This document shows, piece after piece, positions 10,927 through 20,423 of a DNA stretch of 64,000 bases. The position numbers and the translations under genes were made by a program. The notes beneath the pieces are model-generated. The model was not told the DNA's origin. It was given only the letters and a program-made list of their open reading frames with translations, and searched no databases. Each line of letters begins with the position of its first letter. Positions within the stretch are counted from its first letter, which is position 1. Source of the DNA: Polyangiaceae bacterium (GTDB lineage Bacteria; Myxococcota_A; Polyangia; Polyangiales; Polyangiaceae); assembly GCA_044376115.1 (NCBI GenBank), contig JBILLK010000006.1:128001-192000 (forward strand), written 5' to 3'.

Positions 10927-10991
10927 TGGACCCTTATGCCAAGTTGCTGCTCGGTTGACTAGCTGTTCCGCAGGCGCAGCGGAGAGCCCGA

Positions 10992-11495
10992 CTAGCGCTT
11001 GACGCGGAACTCGACGCGACGGTTCTGCTGCAAGCAGGCCTCGTCGGGCGTGGCGCAGACGGGAGCCGTGGCACCGTAGCCGGCCGCCTGGATCGGCTTG
11101 GTGATGCCCTTGGCCATCAGGTACGTAACCACGGCATTGGCCCGCTTCTCCGAGAGTTTGCGGTTGTGATCGAAGTTGCCTTGGCTGTCGGTGTGCCCCT
11201 CGACGTAGACAAGGGTGATCTCCGAATGCTGCAGGATCACGTTGGCCACAGCGTCCAAAACCGGAAAGCTCTCCGGCTTGAGGATGTCTTTGTCTGTGTC
11301 ATAGAAGATCGGCCGAGCAATCTTGATGCGGTCCCCTTCGAGCACGGCGTCACCGGTTGCGGCCACCTGGACTGGCGCGGTAGCGACCGGGATGGGCTGA
11401 GCGGGCGGCGGCGGCGGCGGCGCCTCTTTGGCGCAGGACGCCGTCAATGAACCTGCCAACAAGAGCCCCACCCCAAACAAGCGCGTACGTGCCAT
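10992..11495 (-). CDS. OmpA/MotB C-terminal peptidoglycan-binding domain lipoprotein
   Basis: Lipobox LTASC, poly-Pro linker, VEGHTD, NRKLSEKRA and NRRVEF motifs. Confidence 0.9.
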   Translation of the reverse strand: MARTRLFGVGLLLAGSLTASCAKEAPPPPPPAQPIPVATAPVQVAATGDAVLEGDRIKIARPIFYDTDKDILKPESFPVLDAVANVILQHSEITLVYVEGHTDSQGNFDHNRKLSEKRANAVVTYLMAKGITKPIQAAGYGATAPVCATPDEACLQQNRRVEFRVKR

Positions 11496-11594
11496 GGGCT
11501 CGGAAGTAGCAGGCCTTTCGCGTTCACACAATCCTCACGAGTCTGCCATCCCCTCCGGAACAAACCTCTGGTAAGGCAGATGTAGGAGTGGCCT

Positions 11595-12761
11595 ATGAAA
11601 TCGACGAAATACCTAATGCTTGCTTTGGTAACTCTGTCTCTTGGCTGTCGCGACGAAGCGACGGGCGGAACTGGTGCTGACGGAGGCGGGACTGATAACG
11701 GCGGCGGCCCGAGCAACGGCGGCGGCCCGAGCAACGGCGGTGGCCCGAGCAACGGCGGCGGCCCGAGCAACGGCGGCGGCGGCGCCACCGGTGCAGAAAA
11801 CACGGCGGCGCTTTGCAGCGACGGCGTCGACAACGACGGGGACACCTTCACCGACTGCCTCGACTTCGATTGCGAGGCCATTCCTGAGTGCATCAAGCCG
11901 GCAGAGGCCTCCAACCCGGCCTGCTCCGACGGTGAAGACAACGACGAGAACGGCTTCACCGATTGTGAAGACCTCGATTGCCAGGAGCTCGCCGCCTGTG
12001 ATCGCGAGTGGTCCAATGCTCGTTGCAGCGACGGCATGGACAGCGACGGCGACGGCGACACCGACTGCGCCGACACCGACTGCCAGAGTGAAGGCATCGT
12101 CGTGTGTGACGGCGACGCGCCCGCCAGCCCGCTCCCGGCCCAAGGCATGTGGGTCACGCTGAGCAATGAAGCGTGCAGCAACGGCGTGAGCGACGACACC
12201 AACACCTTCATCGACTGCTCGGACAACGCTTGTCTCGTGAACCCCGACGCCACGGTTTGCAAGAACCTGCCGCGCGAGGGCACCAACACCACCTGCGCCA
12301 ACGGCATGGATGACGACCTCGACGGCCTCGAGGACTGCGCAGATCCGGCCTGTCGCGCTGAAGGCATCGTGGTTTGCAACGGCATGGTACCGGCGAACCC
12401 GCTCCCCCCGCCGAACATGTACAGCACGCTAGCCAACGCGGCTTGTGACAACGGCACCGACGAGAATGCCAACAACTTCACTGACTGTGAAGACTTTGGT
12501 TGCACGCTCAACCCGGACGTGACGGTTTGCCCCGAGGCGAGCGACGCCGAGTGCTCCGACACGATGGACAACAACGGCAATGGCTTCGTTGACTGCGCTG
12601 ACTTCTCCTGCAGCCAGAACCCCAACATCACCGTCTGCGCTCACGAGCTGAGCTACACCGAGTGCTCGGACGGCGTGGACAACAACGGTAACCCGTTCGC
12701 CGATTGCAACGACTTCAGCTGCAATCCCGAGAACGGCATCAAGAGCCCCGCTTGCCTCTGA
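11595..12761 (+). CDS. Cys/Asp-rich repeat lipoprotein (8 x CxDGxDNDxxxFxDCxDxxC)
   Basis: AGGAG RBS, lipobox LSLGC, Gly-rich linker and eight repeats. Confidence 0.85.
   Translation: MKSTKYLMLALVTLSLGCRDEATGGTGADGGGTDNGGGPSNGGGPSNGGGPSNGGGPSNGGGGATGAENTAALCSDGVDNDGDTFTDCLDFDCEAIPECIKPAEASNPACSDGEDNDENGFTDCEDLDCQELAACDREWSNARCSDGMDSDGDGDTDCADTDCQSEGIVVCDGDAPASPLPAQGMWVTLSNEACSNGVSDDTNTFIDCSDNACLVNPDATVCKNLPREGTNTTCANGMDDDLDGLEDCADPACRAEGIVVCNGMVPANPLPPPNMYSTLANAACDNGTDENANNFTDCEDFGCTLNPDVTVCPEASDAECSDTMDNNGNGFVDCADFSCSQNPNITVCAHELSYTECSDGVDNNGNPFADCNDFSCNPENGIKSPACL
11697..11780 (+). repeat. 18-bp coding tandem repeat AACGGCGGCGGCCCGAGC x4 plus a partial copy (NGGGPS)
   Basis: Read directly; one silent substitution in copy 3. 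Confidence 0.95.
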
Positions 12762-12800
12762 GCTGACGGTGCCGAGCTAACGGCGCTTCGGTGCCACGGA

Positions 12801-12842
12801 GAACCCCCGGTCGTTACAACGATTCGGGGGCTTCGCCTTTTG
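12801..12842. terminator. Probable intrinsic terminator hairpin between convergent genes
   Basis: CCCCCG-G-TCGTT / AACGA-TT-CGGGGG stem followed by GCCTTTTG. Confidence 0.6.
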
Positions 12843-12861
12843 TGCTTCGGTAGCTCGAGCT

Positions 12862-14091
12862 TTAGAGCGTCTCGACGTCCCAGCGCATGCCTCGTTCGCG
12901 CAACCGTGCGGCGAGCTGGCTACCGAGCGCCGAGGCGGGCGTGAGTACTCCGTACGGTCCGGTTCCGCGCGTGCTGAGCAAGAGCAACGCCGTCTCCGAG
13001 AGCATCTTGGCCGTCTCGCCGTAGCCCGGATCGGCCTGTCCGCGGACGTGACATACGGCGCTCGGTTCACGCTCGCCACTGCCCCAACCAAAGACGCGCA
13101 ATTCGAAGAAGCCGCCCTCGCGCGTCTCTTTGGAAGGCCCTTCGCCCGACTTCGGCAGGAAGCGCGTGACCAGCGGCCGTGTGAGGTCGTTCGCGGATAG
13201 CGCGACAAAGGCGCCCAAGCCCGCCGTGAAGCCAACCGCTCGCGCGAGCCCGGCCGCTCCTCGACCCATGCCCATCACCTCTTCGTATCGGAAGTCCTTC
13301 CCGTACGGAAAGTCCAAGAGCGCGTTGGTTCGGCGGACGACCCGCGTGTTGATCCCGGCCATCACGAACGGCGCCGTCCAGTTGCCCGACGTTGGATCGA
13401 GCCCCACGCCCATCGCGTCACCCTTGTCCGGCCCGCGATCCTTGTTGCGTTGCGGGGACAAGGCATACGGATCTCCGAGCAGTCTGCGTACGCGGCGATC
13501 GGCCGAGGCTGCCTCGAGCAGCGAGACCATCGATTGCGCTGTCCCGCCGCTGATTCCGCCTTTGCTCTTGCCGAGCACGAGCTTCGCGCGAGCCAACGCC
13601 GAGCCCCGTTGATCGAAGTGCTCATGCAACAAGAAGACGCCAAGGTCCGAAGGGATCGAGTCAAAGCCCGAGCTCGGCACCAGGCGCGCTTTGGTCTCTT
13701 GCGCGCGGGCGTGACAGCCGTCGATCACCTCGCGAATGAACGGAACCTCGCCGGTGAGATCGCAATAGTCGGTGCCAGCCTCGGCGCAGGCGCGGGCGAG
13801 CGGTAAGCCGTAGCGGGTGTACGGACCAACGGTGGTAACGACGACGCTGGCCTGCTCGGCGACAGCGCGCAGCTCGGCCTCGTTGGCCGCGTCGGCCGTC
13901 AACAGTGCAAGCGAACCAAGCGCCGGATCGATGTCGTAGAGCTTCCGACGCAGCGCCTTCAGCTTGCCGAGGTTGCGGCCCGCGACGGCCCAACGCAGCT
14001 GCGGCAACTTGCGCTTCGCGAGATACTCCGCCACCAGCTCGCCGGTGAAACCGGTAGCGCCGAATAGAACCAGATCGTAGGTGCGTGACAC
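12862..14091 (-). CDS. Saccharopine dehydrogenase-like oxidoreductase (trans-acting enoyl reductase / SCCPDH family)
   Basis: GATGFTG, AGRN, TVGPY, YCDLTGE, GFDSIPSDLG, DPGYGETA and GVLTPA motifs. Confidence 0.88.
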   Translation of the reverse strand: MSRTYDLVLFGATGFTGELVAEYLAKRKLPQLRWAVAGRNLGKLKALRRKLYDIDPALGSLALLTADAANEAELRAVAEQASVVVTTVGPYTRYGLPLARACAEAGTDYCDLTGEVPFIREVIDGCHARAQETKARLVPSSGFDSIPSDLGVFLLHEHFDQRGSALARAKLVLGKSKGGISGGTAQSMVSLLEAASADRRVRRLLGDPYALSPQRNKDRGPDKGDAMGVGLDPTSGNWTAPFVMAGINTRVVRRTNALLDFPYGKDFRYEEVMGMGRGAAGLARAVGFTAGLGAFVALSANDLTRPLVTRFLPKSGEGPSKETREGGFFELRVFGWGSGEREPSAVCHVRGQADPGYGETAKMLSETALLLLSTRGTGPYGVLTPASALGSQLAARLRERGMRWDVETL

Positions 14092-14154
14092 GGCGCGAGC
14101 CTAGCCGATAAAGCGCGCGGTGGCTCGCCCGAGGACGACCGAAACCACGAGGCT

Positions 14155-15114
14155 TCAGTCGAGGAAGCTGCCACTGATCGCTCCGCACCACCCGGGCGTC
14201 ACCACGTCGCCAACGACATAGAAGGGCTCGCAATGCCCAACCGGGTGGTTGTCCCAATGCCAGTGAAACGATCCTGGATTGCCGCCCAGATTGCATTCTC
14301 CGTACTGCTGATCTTGGTAGCCGCCGGTGATCACGCAGCAGTTGCCAGCTCCAAAGTGCGACTCACAGGCTTTGAGCGCCCGCGTGGGGACGTCATCCCC
14401 TGGCTGGTAACAGTAGATTTCATTGAGGCCGAGCCCATTTTCGGCGGTCAGCGAGCCTCCTGCTGGGTTCAAACACGAGGCAGTGCAAACACTCGGCAGC
14501 CCACTGCACTGAAACCCCGCTTCAATGGCGCAGCTCGCGCTGCAACCGTCGCCAGCGAGAGCGTTGGTATCGTCGCAGCCCTCGCCAGCGACGATCAGTC
14601 CGTCACCACATGCAGGCTGACAGACGCTCGGTGAGCCAACACATTGGAAGCCTGATTCAACGGCGCAGTTGGCGTTGCAACCGTCGCCGTTCGTAGTGTT
14701 GTCGTCATCACAAGACTCAGCCCCGACCAACGTTCCATCTCCGCAGGTCGCCGAGCACTGACTCGGTTGCCCGACACACTGATAGCCCGCCTCGACGGTG
14801 CAGCTCGTGTCGCAGCCATCTCCCAGCGTGCCGTTGCCATCGTCGCACTGCTCGAGGTTGGAGATCTGACCGTCGCCGCAAGCTGCCGTCGCGCCGCCGC
14901 TGCCGTTTGCTGCGCCCGAGGCGCCCGCGCCGCCCGCGCCGCCGACGCTTGTTGCGCCGCCCGCGCCGCCGCCAGCCTCATTGCTGCCTCCCGCACCGTC
15001 ACTTGGGTCCCCGCCCGTGCCGTCGCCATCGGTTGTGAGCACGGTGCTGGTTGCACACCCACTCAGCAACAGCCAAAAGATCCCCACCCATCGGCAAGCC
15101 CGCATCGTGCCCAT
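14155..15114 (-). CDS. Lipoprotein with three Myxococcus Cys-rich (DUF4215-type) repeats
   Basis: Lipobox LLSGC, Gly-rich linker, 3 x CGDG...E.CDD.N...GDGC...C..E.G(F/Y)QC, then an unknown C-domain. Confidence 0.85.
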   Translation of the reverse strand: MGTMRACRWVGIFWLLLSGCATSTVLTTDGDGTGGDPSDGAGGSNEAGGGAGGATSVGGAGGAGASGAANGSGGATAACGDGQISNLEQCDDGNGTLGDGCDTSCTVEAGYQCVGQPSQCSATCGDGTLVGAESCDDDNTTNGDGCNANCAVESGFQCVGSPSVCQPACGDGLIVAGEGCDDTNALAGDGCSASCAIEAGFQCSGLPSVCTASCLNPAGGSLTAENGLGLNEIYCYQPGDDVPTRALKACESHFGAGNCCVITGGYQDQQYGECNLGGNPGSFHWHWDNHPVGHCEPFYVVGDVVTPGWCGAISGSFLD

Positions 15115-15147
15115 GCCAGCAAGCCTACCTGCTTCTACCTGCGCGGA

Positions 15148-15726
15148 TCATCTTGCTTGAGCGACTAATTCGATGGCCGACAATTGATAGGGGCGCGGGT
15201 GCGTCTCAAGGTCGCTCTGGTCCTGGTTGGCCCAAATCAAATAAAAGGGCCCGGGGATCACCCGCCGCGGGCCGATCGGCTCCCAGCCCGCGACCTCGAG
15301 ATCCTCGAAGGCGATGTAGGCGCCCTTCTCAAACACCTTGGAGCCCCGAATCGGCACGGCCTCCCCGTCGCTACTGCGCAGAATGAACTCCTGCTGCGGG
15401 AGGTCGTTCACCCCTTTGAAGCCGCGCTCGATCACTGCAGCCAGCGGCAGCGCCTTGAAGCGTTTCTCGCGGTTGTAGTGTGGGTCGAATTGCACGACCG
15501 TCTCCGGGGCAATGGTGAGCGCCAGCGTGTTGGCCCTGAGCGCGGCGCGCTCCACTCCACCCTCTTTGAAGACCAGCAACGCTGCTTCGGTCGCAGGCCG
15601 ACCGGCGCTCGCTCCTACCGGTGCAGGCGCGCTGTGCAAGGAGGCAGAGCCGGTGAAGAGCGGACTGTCGGTGCGCTCGCCGCAGCCGGTCAGGAGCCCC
15701 AGGCCGACGAGTGCAAGCGAGCGCAT
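15148..15726 (-). CDS. Hypothetical lipoprotein
   Basis: Lipobox LLTGC; globular domain containing FDPHY, PGPFYLIW and PYQL segments. Confidence 0.7.
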   Translation of the reverse strand: MRSLALVGLGLLTGCGERTDSPLFTGSASLHSAPAPVGASAGRPATEAALLVFKEGGVERAALRANTLALTIAPETVVQFDPHYNREKRFKALPLAAVIERGFKGVNDLPQQEFILRSSDGEAVPIRGSKVFEKGAYIAFEDLEVAGWEPIGPRRVIPGPFYLIWANQDQSDLETHPRPYQLSAIELVAQAR

Positions 15727-15804
15727 GTGGCCGGGTTACTCGAGCCTTCAACGACTCGCAATTGCTCGCTGTTTCTGCTGCTTAACAGGCCAAACGAGGC
15801 TTCC

Positions 15805-15874
15805 AATGACTCGAAGTCAATCCCCGTTGACGAAGTCGGGGAAACGATTAATGCTTCGTACACTAAATTTACGA
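15805..15874. promoter_or_regulatory. Putative operator palindromes and -35 hexamer upstream of the beta-oxidation pair
   Basis: AATGACTCGAAGTCAAT (15805-15821), TTGACG (15827-15832) and TCGTA-N9-TACGA in an AT-rich divergent intergenic region. Confidence 0.4.
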
Positions 15875-15959
15875 GCCCGACCCAATTCAGCCCGGCGGGC
15901 TGGACGGCGGGCATCATCGGTCCGCACGTCGGACCAGCAGGGGACGAGGAGGACGGTAA

Positions 15960-18900
15960 ATGAGCGAGCTCCGCTTCGATGGTCGGGTTGCCATAGTCAC
16001 AGGTGCTGGAGGAGGCCTCGGCCGAGCGCATGCGCTGCTGCTTGGCAGCCGAGGAGCCCGCGTCGTCGTGAACGACCTGGGCGGATCGATGACGGGAGCT
16101 GGCAATGACAGCACGCCTGCACAAAAGGTCGTCGCCGAGATCAAAGCGCTCGGCGGTGAGGCGATCGCCAACGCTGACTCGGTGGAAGACGGCGGCAAGA
16201 TCGTCCAAGCGGCGATGGACACCTGGGGCAAGATCGATATCGTCGTCAACAACGCCGGCATTCTGCGCGATACGAGCTTCCAGAAGCTGAGCGAGGAAGA
16301 TTGGGACCTGATCTATCGGGTGCACGTGCTCGGCAGCTTCCGGGTCACCAAGGCCGCCTGGAACCACATGCGCGACGCCAAATACGGCCGCATCGTGATG
16401 ACCGCTTCGGCAGCCGGTATCTACGGCAACTTCGGCCAAACCAACTACGCCATGGCCAAGATGGGCCTGATCGGCTTTGCGCAGACCCTCGCGCTCGAGG
16501 GCAAGAAGAACAACGTCCTCAGCAACACGATCGCGCCGATCGCCGGCTCGCGCTTGACCGAGACCGTCCTACCGAAGGAGCTGCTCGACGCATTGAAGCC
16601 GGAGGTCGTGGCGCCGCTCGTGGCCTACCTCGCGCATGAGTCCTGCACCGAGAACGGTGGCACCTTCGAGGTGGGCGGTGGCTTCATGGCCAAGTTGCGC
16701 TGGGAGCGTTCGGTCGGGAAGTCCTTCCCCAACGGCAAAGCCATCTCAATTGAGAACGTGCAGAAGGCGTTCTCGGAGATAACGAGCTTCGCCAAGACCA
16801 CGCACCCCACCAACATCGCCGAGAGCATGCAGGCCGTGCTCGATAACGTGCAGAAGAAGAGCAAGGGCGGTAACGAGTTCATCGACGTAGACGCGGCCCT
16901 TGGTTACCAATACCCGCCGTTCCAAACCAGCTATGACGAGCGCGATGTATCCATCTATGCGTTGAGCATCGGCGCGAGCCAAAACCCGCTCGACGAGCAA
17001 GACCTTTCCTACACCTACGAGCTCGCTCCGCGCGGCTTTACGCCTTTCCCGACCTTCGCGGTGACGCCCATCCTGCGCGGCATCCTCGAGGCAGCCAAGC
17101 GAGGCGAGCAAGTGCCCGGCCTCAACTACGGGTTTGAACGCATCCTGCACGGCGAGCAATACACCGCTATCACCCGGCCCTTGCCGCCCCACGCGAAGCT
17201 AACCCACAAGTCGGTCATCAAAGACATCTGGGACAAGGGCAAGAACGCCGTCGTCGTGGTCGAAACCAAGAGCTACGACGATGCCGGAGACTTGCTCGCT
17301 GAGAACGAACTGACGATGGTGGTGCGCGGTGCCGGCGGTTGGGGTGGCGAGCGTGGCCCCGCACAGACCGGTGTCCCGGCGCCCGAACGCAAAGCCGATA
17401 AAACGGTGGAGCAGAAGATCGACGCACAACAGGCGCTGCTCTATCGCTTGAACGGCGATTGGAATCCGCTTCACGCCGACCCGGCGTTCGCCAAAAACTT
17501 CGGCTTTGACCGGCCGATTCTGCATGGCCTATGCACCTTCGGCTACGCGGCTCGCCACGCCATCGCCAGCTTCGCCGGCGGAGATGCGCGGCTCTTCAAG
17601 AGCATTCGCGCTCGCTTCGCCGAGAGCGTCTTCCCAGGGGAGACGCTGCTCACCGAGATGTGGCAGGAGGGCGACAAGATCGTCGTTCGCTGCAAGGTCA
17701 AAGAGCGCGACAAAGAGGTGCTCACCAACGCGGTGATTGAGCTGTACAAGGAAGTGCCCACCGCCAAAGCCAAGCCCGCTGCAGCCGCTGCTGCGCCGGC
17801 CGCTGCTCCCGCTACCGCGACGGCGCCGTCGGCTGTCACCAGCCAGGTGATCGTGGACGGCATTGCCTACTACATCGAGAAGAACGCCGACCTGGCCGGC
17901 CAGGTGAAGACGTCCTTCCAATTCAAACTAAGCAATCCGAACTCGGCCTTCTTTATCGACCTAAAGGCTGCAGGCGGCAAAGTTGGTCAGGGTGAGCTGG
18001 CCGGTGCCGACGTGACCTTGGAGCTTTCGGACGCTGATTTTATCGGCATGGCGACGGGCAAGCTCAACCCGCAGAAACTCTACTTCGGTGGGCAGCTCAA
18101 GATCTCCGGCAACGTGATGGCCTCGCAAAAGCTCGAGTTCTTGAAGAAGATCGATGGCGAAGCCGTGCGTAAACAAATGGCTGCCGAAGGGCGGCTCGCG
18201 GCAGCTCCCGCTGCGGCTCCTGCAGCAGCTGCTAGTGCTGTCGATCCGTCGGCCCTCACGTCGGCCGACATCTTCGTTGCGATCGCCGACTTCATCGAGA
18301 AGAACGCCGAACTCGCAGGCCAAATCAAGACGAACTTCTTGTTCAAGCTGACCGCTCCCGACAGCCAGTACACGATCGATCTCAAGGCCGAGAAGGGCTC
18401 GGTAGCCAAGGGTGCTGTCGGTTCCGCCGACGTGACCTTGGAGCTGACCGACGCTGACTTCATGGCCATGACCACCGGCGGCGCCGACGCGCAGAAGCTC
18501 TACTTCGCCGGCAAGCTCAAGATCTCGGGCAACGTGATGGCCTCGCAGAAGCTGATGTTCCTCAAGAAGGTGGATCCGAAGAGCGCGAGCGAAGCGATCG
18601 CCAAGGCGCGACAAGCCTCGGCGGGCAGCGCCGGCGTCGCCGCGGCTGCTGCGCCCAAGGCCGACGCCTACCCGGCGATCGTGGCTGCACTGAGTGAGCG
18701 CTTGAGCAAGGAGAGCGGCCTCTTGGCCGAGCTCGGCGCGAGCGTAGCGTTCGTGATCGGTGCCCGCGGTTTCACCATCGACCCGAGCAAGACCCCAGCG
18801 CTGAGTGAGGGTACGCAGGGTTCGGCTGGGCTCCACATCAAGCTCTCCGAGGGCGACTTCGAGGAGCTGGCCAAGACCGGCAATCTCCGGGACCTCTATC

Positions 18901-18977
18901 AGCGCGGTAAGGCTCGCCTCGACGGCGATCTGCGGGTCGCTTCGCGCGTGACGTTTCTCAAGGGCCTCGCGTCCTGA
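15960..18977 (+). CDS. Peroxisomal multifunctional enzyme type 2-like protein: (3R)-hydroxyacyl-CoA dehydrogenase SDR + enoyl-CoA hydratase 2 (MaoC) + three SCP2 sterol-carrier domains
   Basis: TGAGGGLG, NNAG and YAMAK SDR motifs; hydratase-2 motif YRLNGDWNPLHADP...ILHGLC; two QKLYFxGxLKISGNVMASQKL SCP2 copies plus a divergent third; GAGGAGG RBS. Confidence 0.92.
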   Translation: MSELRFDGRVAIVTGAGGGLGRAHALLLGSRGARVVVNDLGGSMTGAGNDSTPAQKVVAEIKALGGEAIANADSVEDGGKIVQAAMDTWGKIDIVVNNAGILRDTSFQKLSEEDWDLIYRVHVLGSFRVTKAAWNHMRDAKYGRIVMTASAAGIYGNFGQTNYAMAKMGLIGFAQTLALEGKKNNVLSNTIAPIAGSRLTETVLPKELLDALKPEVVAPLVAYLAHESCTENGGTFEVGGGFMAKLRWERSVGKSFPNGKAISIENVQKAFSEITSFAKTTHPTNIAESMQAVLDNVQKKSKGGNEFIDVDAALGYQYPPFQTSYDERDVSIYALSIGASQNPLDEQDLSYTYELAPRGFTPFPTFAVTPILRGILEAAKRGEQVPGLNYGFERILHGEQYTAITRPLPPHAKLTHKSVIKDIWDKGKNAVVVVETKSYDDAGDLLAENELTMVVRGAGGWGGERGPAQTGVPAPERKADKTVEQKIDAQQALLYRLNGDWNPLHADPAFAKNFGFDRPILHGLCTFGYAARHAIASFAGGDARLFKSIRARFAESVFPGETLLTEMWQEGDKIVVRCKVKERDKEVLTNAVIELYKEVPTAKAKPAAAAAAPAAAPATATAPSAVTSQVIVDGIAYYIEKNADLAGQVKTSFQFKLSNPNSAFFIDLKAAGGKVGQGELAGADVTLELSDADFIGMATGKLNPQKLYFGGQLKISGNVMASQKLEFLKKIDGEAVRKQMAAEGRLAAAPAAAPAAAASAVDPSALTSADIFVAIADFIEKNAELAGQIKTNFLFKLTAPDSQYTIDLKAEKGSVAKGAVGSADVTLELTDADFMAMTTGGADAQKLYFAGKLKISGNVMASQKLMFLKKVDPKSASEAIAKARQASAGSAGVAAAAAPKADAYPAIVAALSERLSKESGLLAELGASVAFVIGARGFTIDPSKTPALSEGTQGSAGLHIKLSEGDFEELAKTGNLRDLYQRGKARLDGDLRVASRVTFLKGLAS

Positions 18978-18995
18978 CGCGACGACAAGGAAAGG

Positions 18996-20183
18996 ATGAC
19001 GACCATGGGACGACGAGTGAATGTGGTTGGGGTCGGGATGACGAAGTTCGCCAAGCCCGGCGCGAGCGATGACTACCATGTAATGGCGGCGCAAGCCGGC
19101 AAGGCCGCCCTGGCCGACGCTAGCGTCGACTACAAGCTAATCGAGCAGGCGTACGCGGGCTATGTCTACGGTGACAGCACCTGCGGTCAGCGCGCCGTGT
19201 ACGAGCTGGGTCTATCGGGTATTCCGGTCTTCAACGTAAACAACAACTGCTCGACCGGCTCGACGGCCTTGATGCTGGGCAAGCAGGCGATCGAAGGCGG
19301 CATCGCTGAATGCGTATTGGTCGTGGGCTTCGAGAAGATGGAGAAGGGCGCGCTCGGCTCCAAGTTCAATGACCGCACCAACCCGTTGGAGTTTCACGTC
19401 AACGTGATGAACGAGGTGCAGGGCTTCACCTCGGCGCCGCCCGCCGCTCAGATGTTCGGCGGCGCTGGCCGAGAGTATCGCTGGAAGTACGGCGCCAAAC
19501 GCGAGACCTTCGGCAAGATCAGCGAGAAGGCCCGTAAACACGCCGCCAATAACCCCTTGGCTATGTTCAATCAGGTGCTCTCGCTCGAGGAGATCATGGC
19601 CAGCGACGAGGTGTTCGATCCGCTAACGCGCTATCAGTGTTGCCCCCCGACCTGTGGTGCCGCTGCGGCGGTGCTCTGCAGTGATGAGTTTGCGCGCAAG
19701 CACAATATCGCTACGCCGGTATCCATCATTGCGCAGTCGATGGTCACTGACACACAGGCCAGCTTCAAAGACTCCATGATCAAGATGGTTGGCTACGACA
19801 TGGCCAAGACGGCAGCGCAGCAGGTGTTCGAGCGCTCCGGTATCGGCCCCTCCGAGGTGGACGTCGTGGAGCTCCATGACTGCTTCACCGCCAATGAACT
19901 GCTCACCTATGAGGCGTTGCAGCTTTGCGGCGAGGGCGAGGCGGAGAAGTTCATTTGGGACGGCGCCAATACCTATGGCGGTAAAGTCGTCACCAACCCC
20001 TCAGGCGGCTTGCTCTCCAAGGGCCACCCGCTCGGGGCAACCGGGCTCGCCCAATGTGCAGAGCTCGTGTGGCAGTTGCGGGGCCAGGCGGATAAGCGTC
20101 AGGTCGCCAACGCGCGCGTGGGTCTGCAACACAATATCGGTCTGGGCGGAGCCTGCGTCGTGACCATGTACAAGAAGAACTAG
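18996..20183 (+). CDS. SCP2-type (SCPx / lipid-transfer protein) thiolase
   Basis: NNCSTG nucleophile, [12 protein letters not shown] and QHNIG fingerprints; 18 nt downstream of the MFE-2-like gene. Confidence 0.92.
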   Translation: MTTMGRRVNVVGVGMTKFAKPGASDDYHVMAAQAGKAALADASVDYKLIEQAYAGYVYGDSTCGQRAVYELGLSGIPVFNVNNNCSTGSTALMLGKQAIEGGIAECVLVVGFEKMEKGALGSKFNDRTNPLEFHVNVMNEVQGFTSAPPAAQMFGGAGREYRWKYGAKRETFGKISEKARKHAANNPLAMFNQVLSLEEIMASDEVFDPLTRYQCCPPTCGAAAAVLCSDEFARKHNIATPVSIIAQSMVTDTQASFKDSMIKMVGYDMAKTAAQQVFERSGIGPSEVDVVELHDCFTANELLTYEALQLCGEGEAEKFIWDGANTYGGKVVTNPSGGLLSKGHPLGATGLAQCAELVWQLRGQADKRQVANARVGLQHNIGLGGACVVTMYKKN

Positions 20184-20362
20184 TCGGCGTTCGGATCTTG
20201 CGGGGCCGCCTGAACGGGGCCCCGCATCACCGCGCCGCGCAGCTTGGTTTCAACCTCCGCCGCGTGCGTCTTCCCAACCTTTTCGACCATCTCGCCGAGC
20301 GCGCGTCGTGCTTCCGCCGTCGTCATGCGGCCCTTGTCGAACTCGATGCAGATGAGGCACAT
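20180..20362 (-). CDS. Small hypothetical protein (60 aa) with N-terminal CxxC
   Basis: [25 protein letters not shown]...; its stop overlaps the thiolase stop in CTAG. Confidence 0.6.
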   Translation of the reverse strand: MCLICIEFDKGRMTTAEARRALGEMVEKVGKTHAAEVETKLRGAVMRGPVQAAPQDPNAD

Positions 20363-20423
20363 CGCCTTAGTGTAGCAGGGCCAAGCGACGAGGCTCAGCG
20401 CTCGGCCGCTGCTGTTCGGTAGG

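Noticed and set aside
18960..20183. Peroxisomal targeting signals or eukaryotic contamination for the MFE-2/SCPx pair
   Set aside because: The C-termini (GLAS, YKKN) are not SKL-like. The genes are intronless, have Shine-Dalgarno sites and sit in bacterial context.
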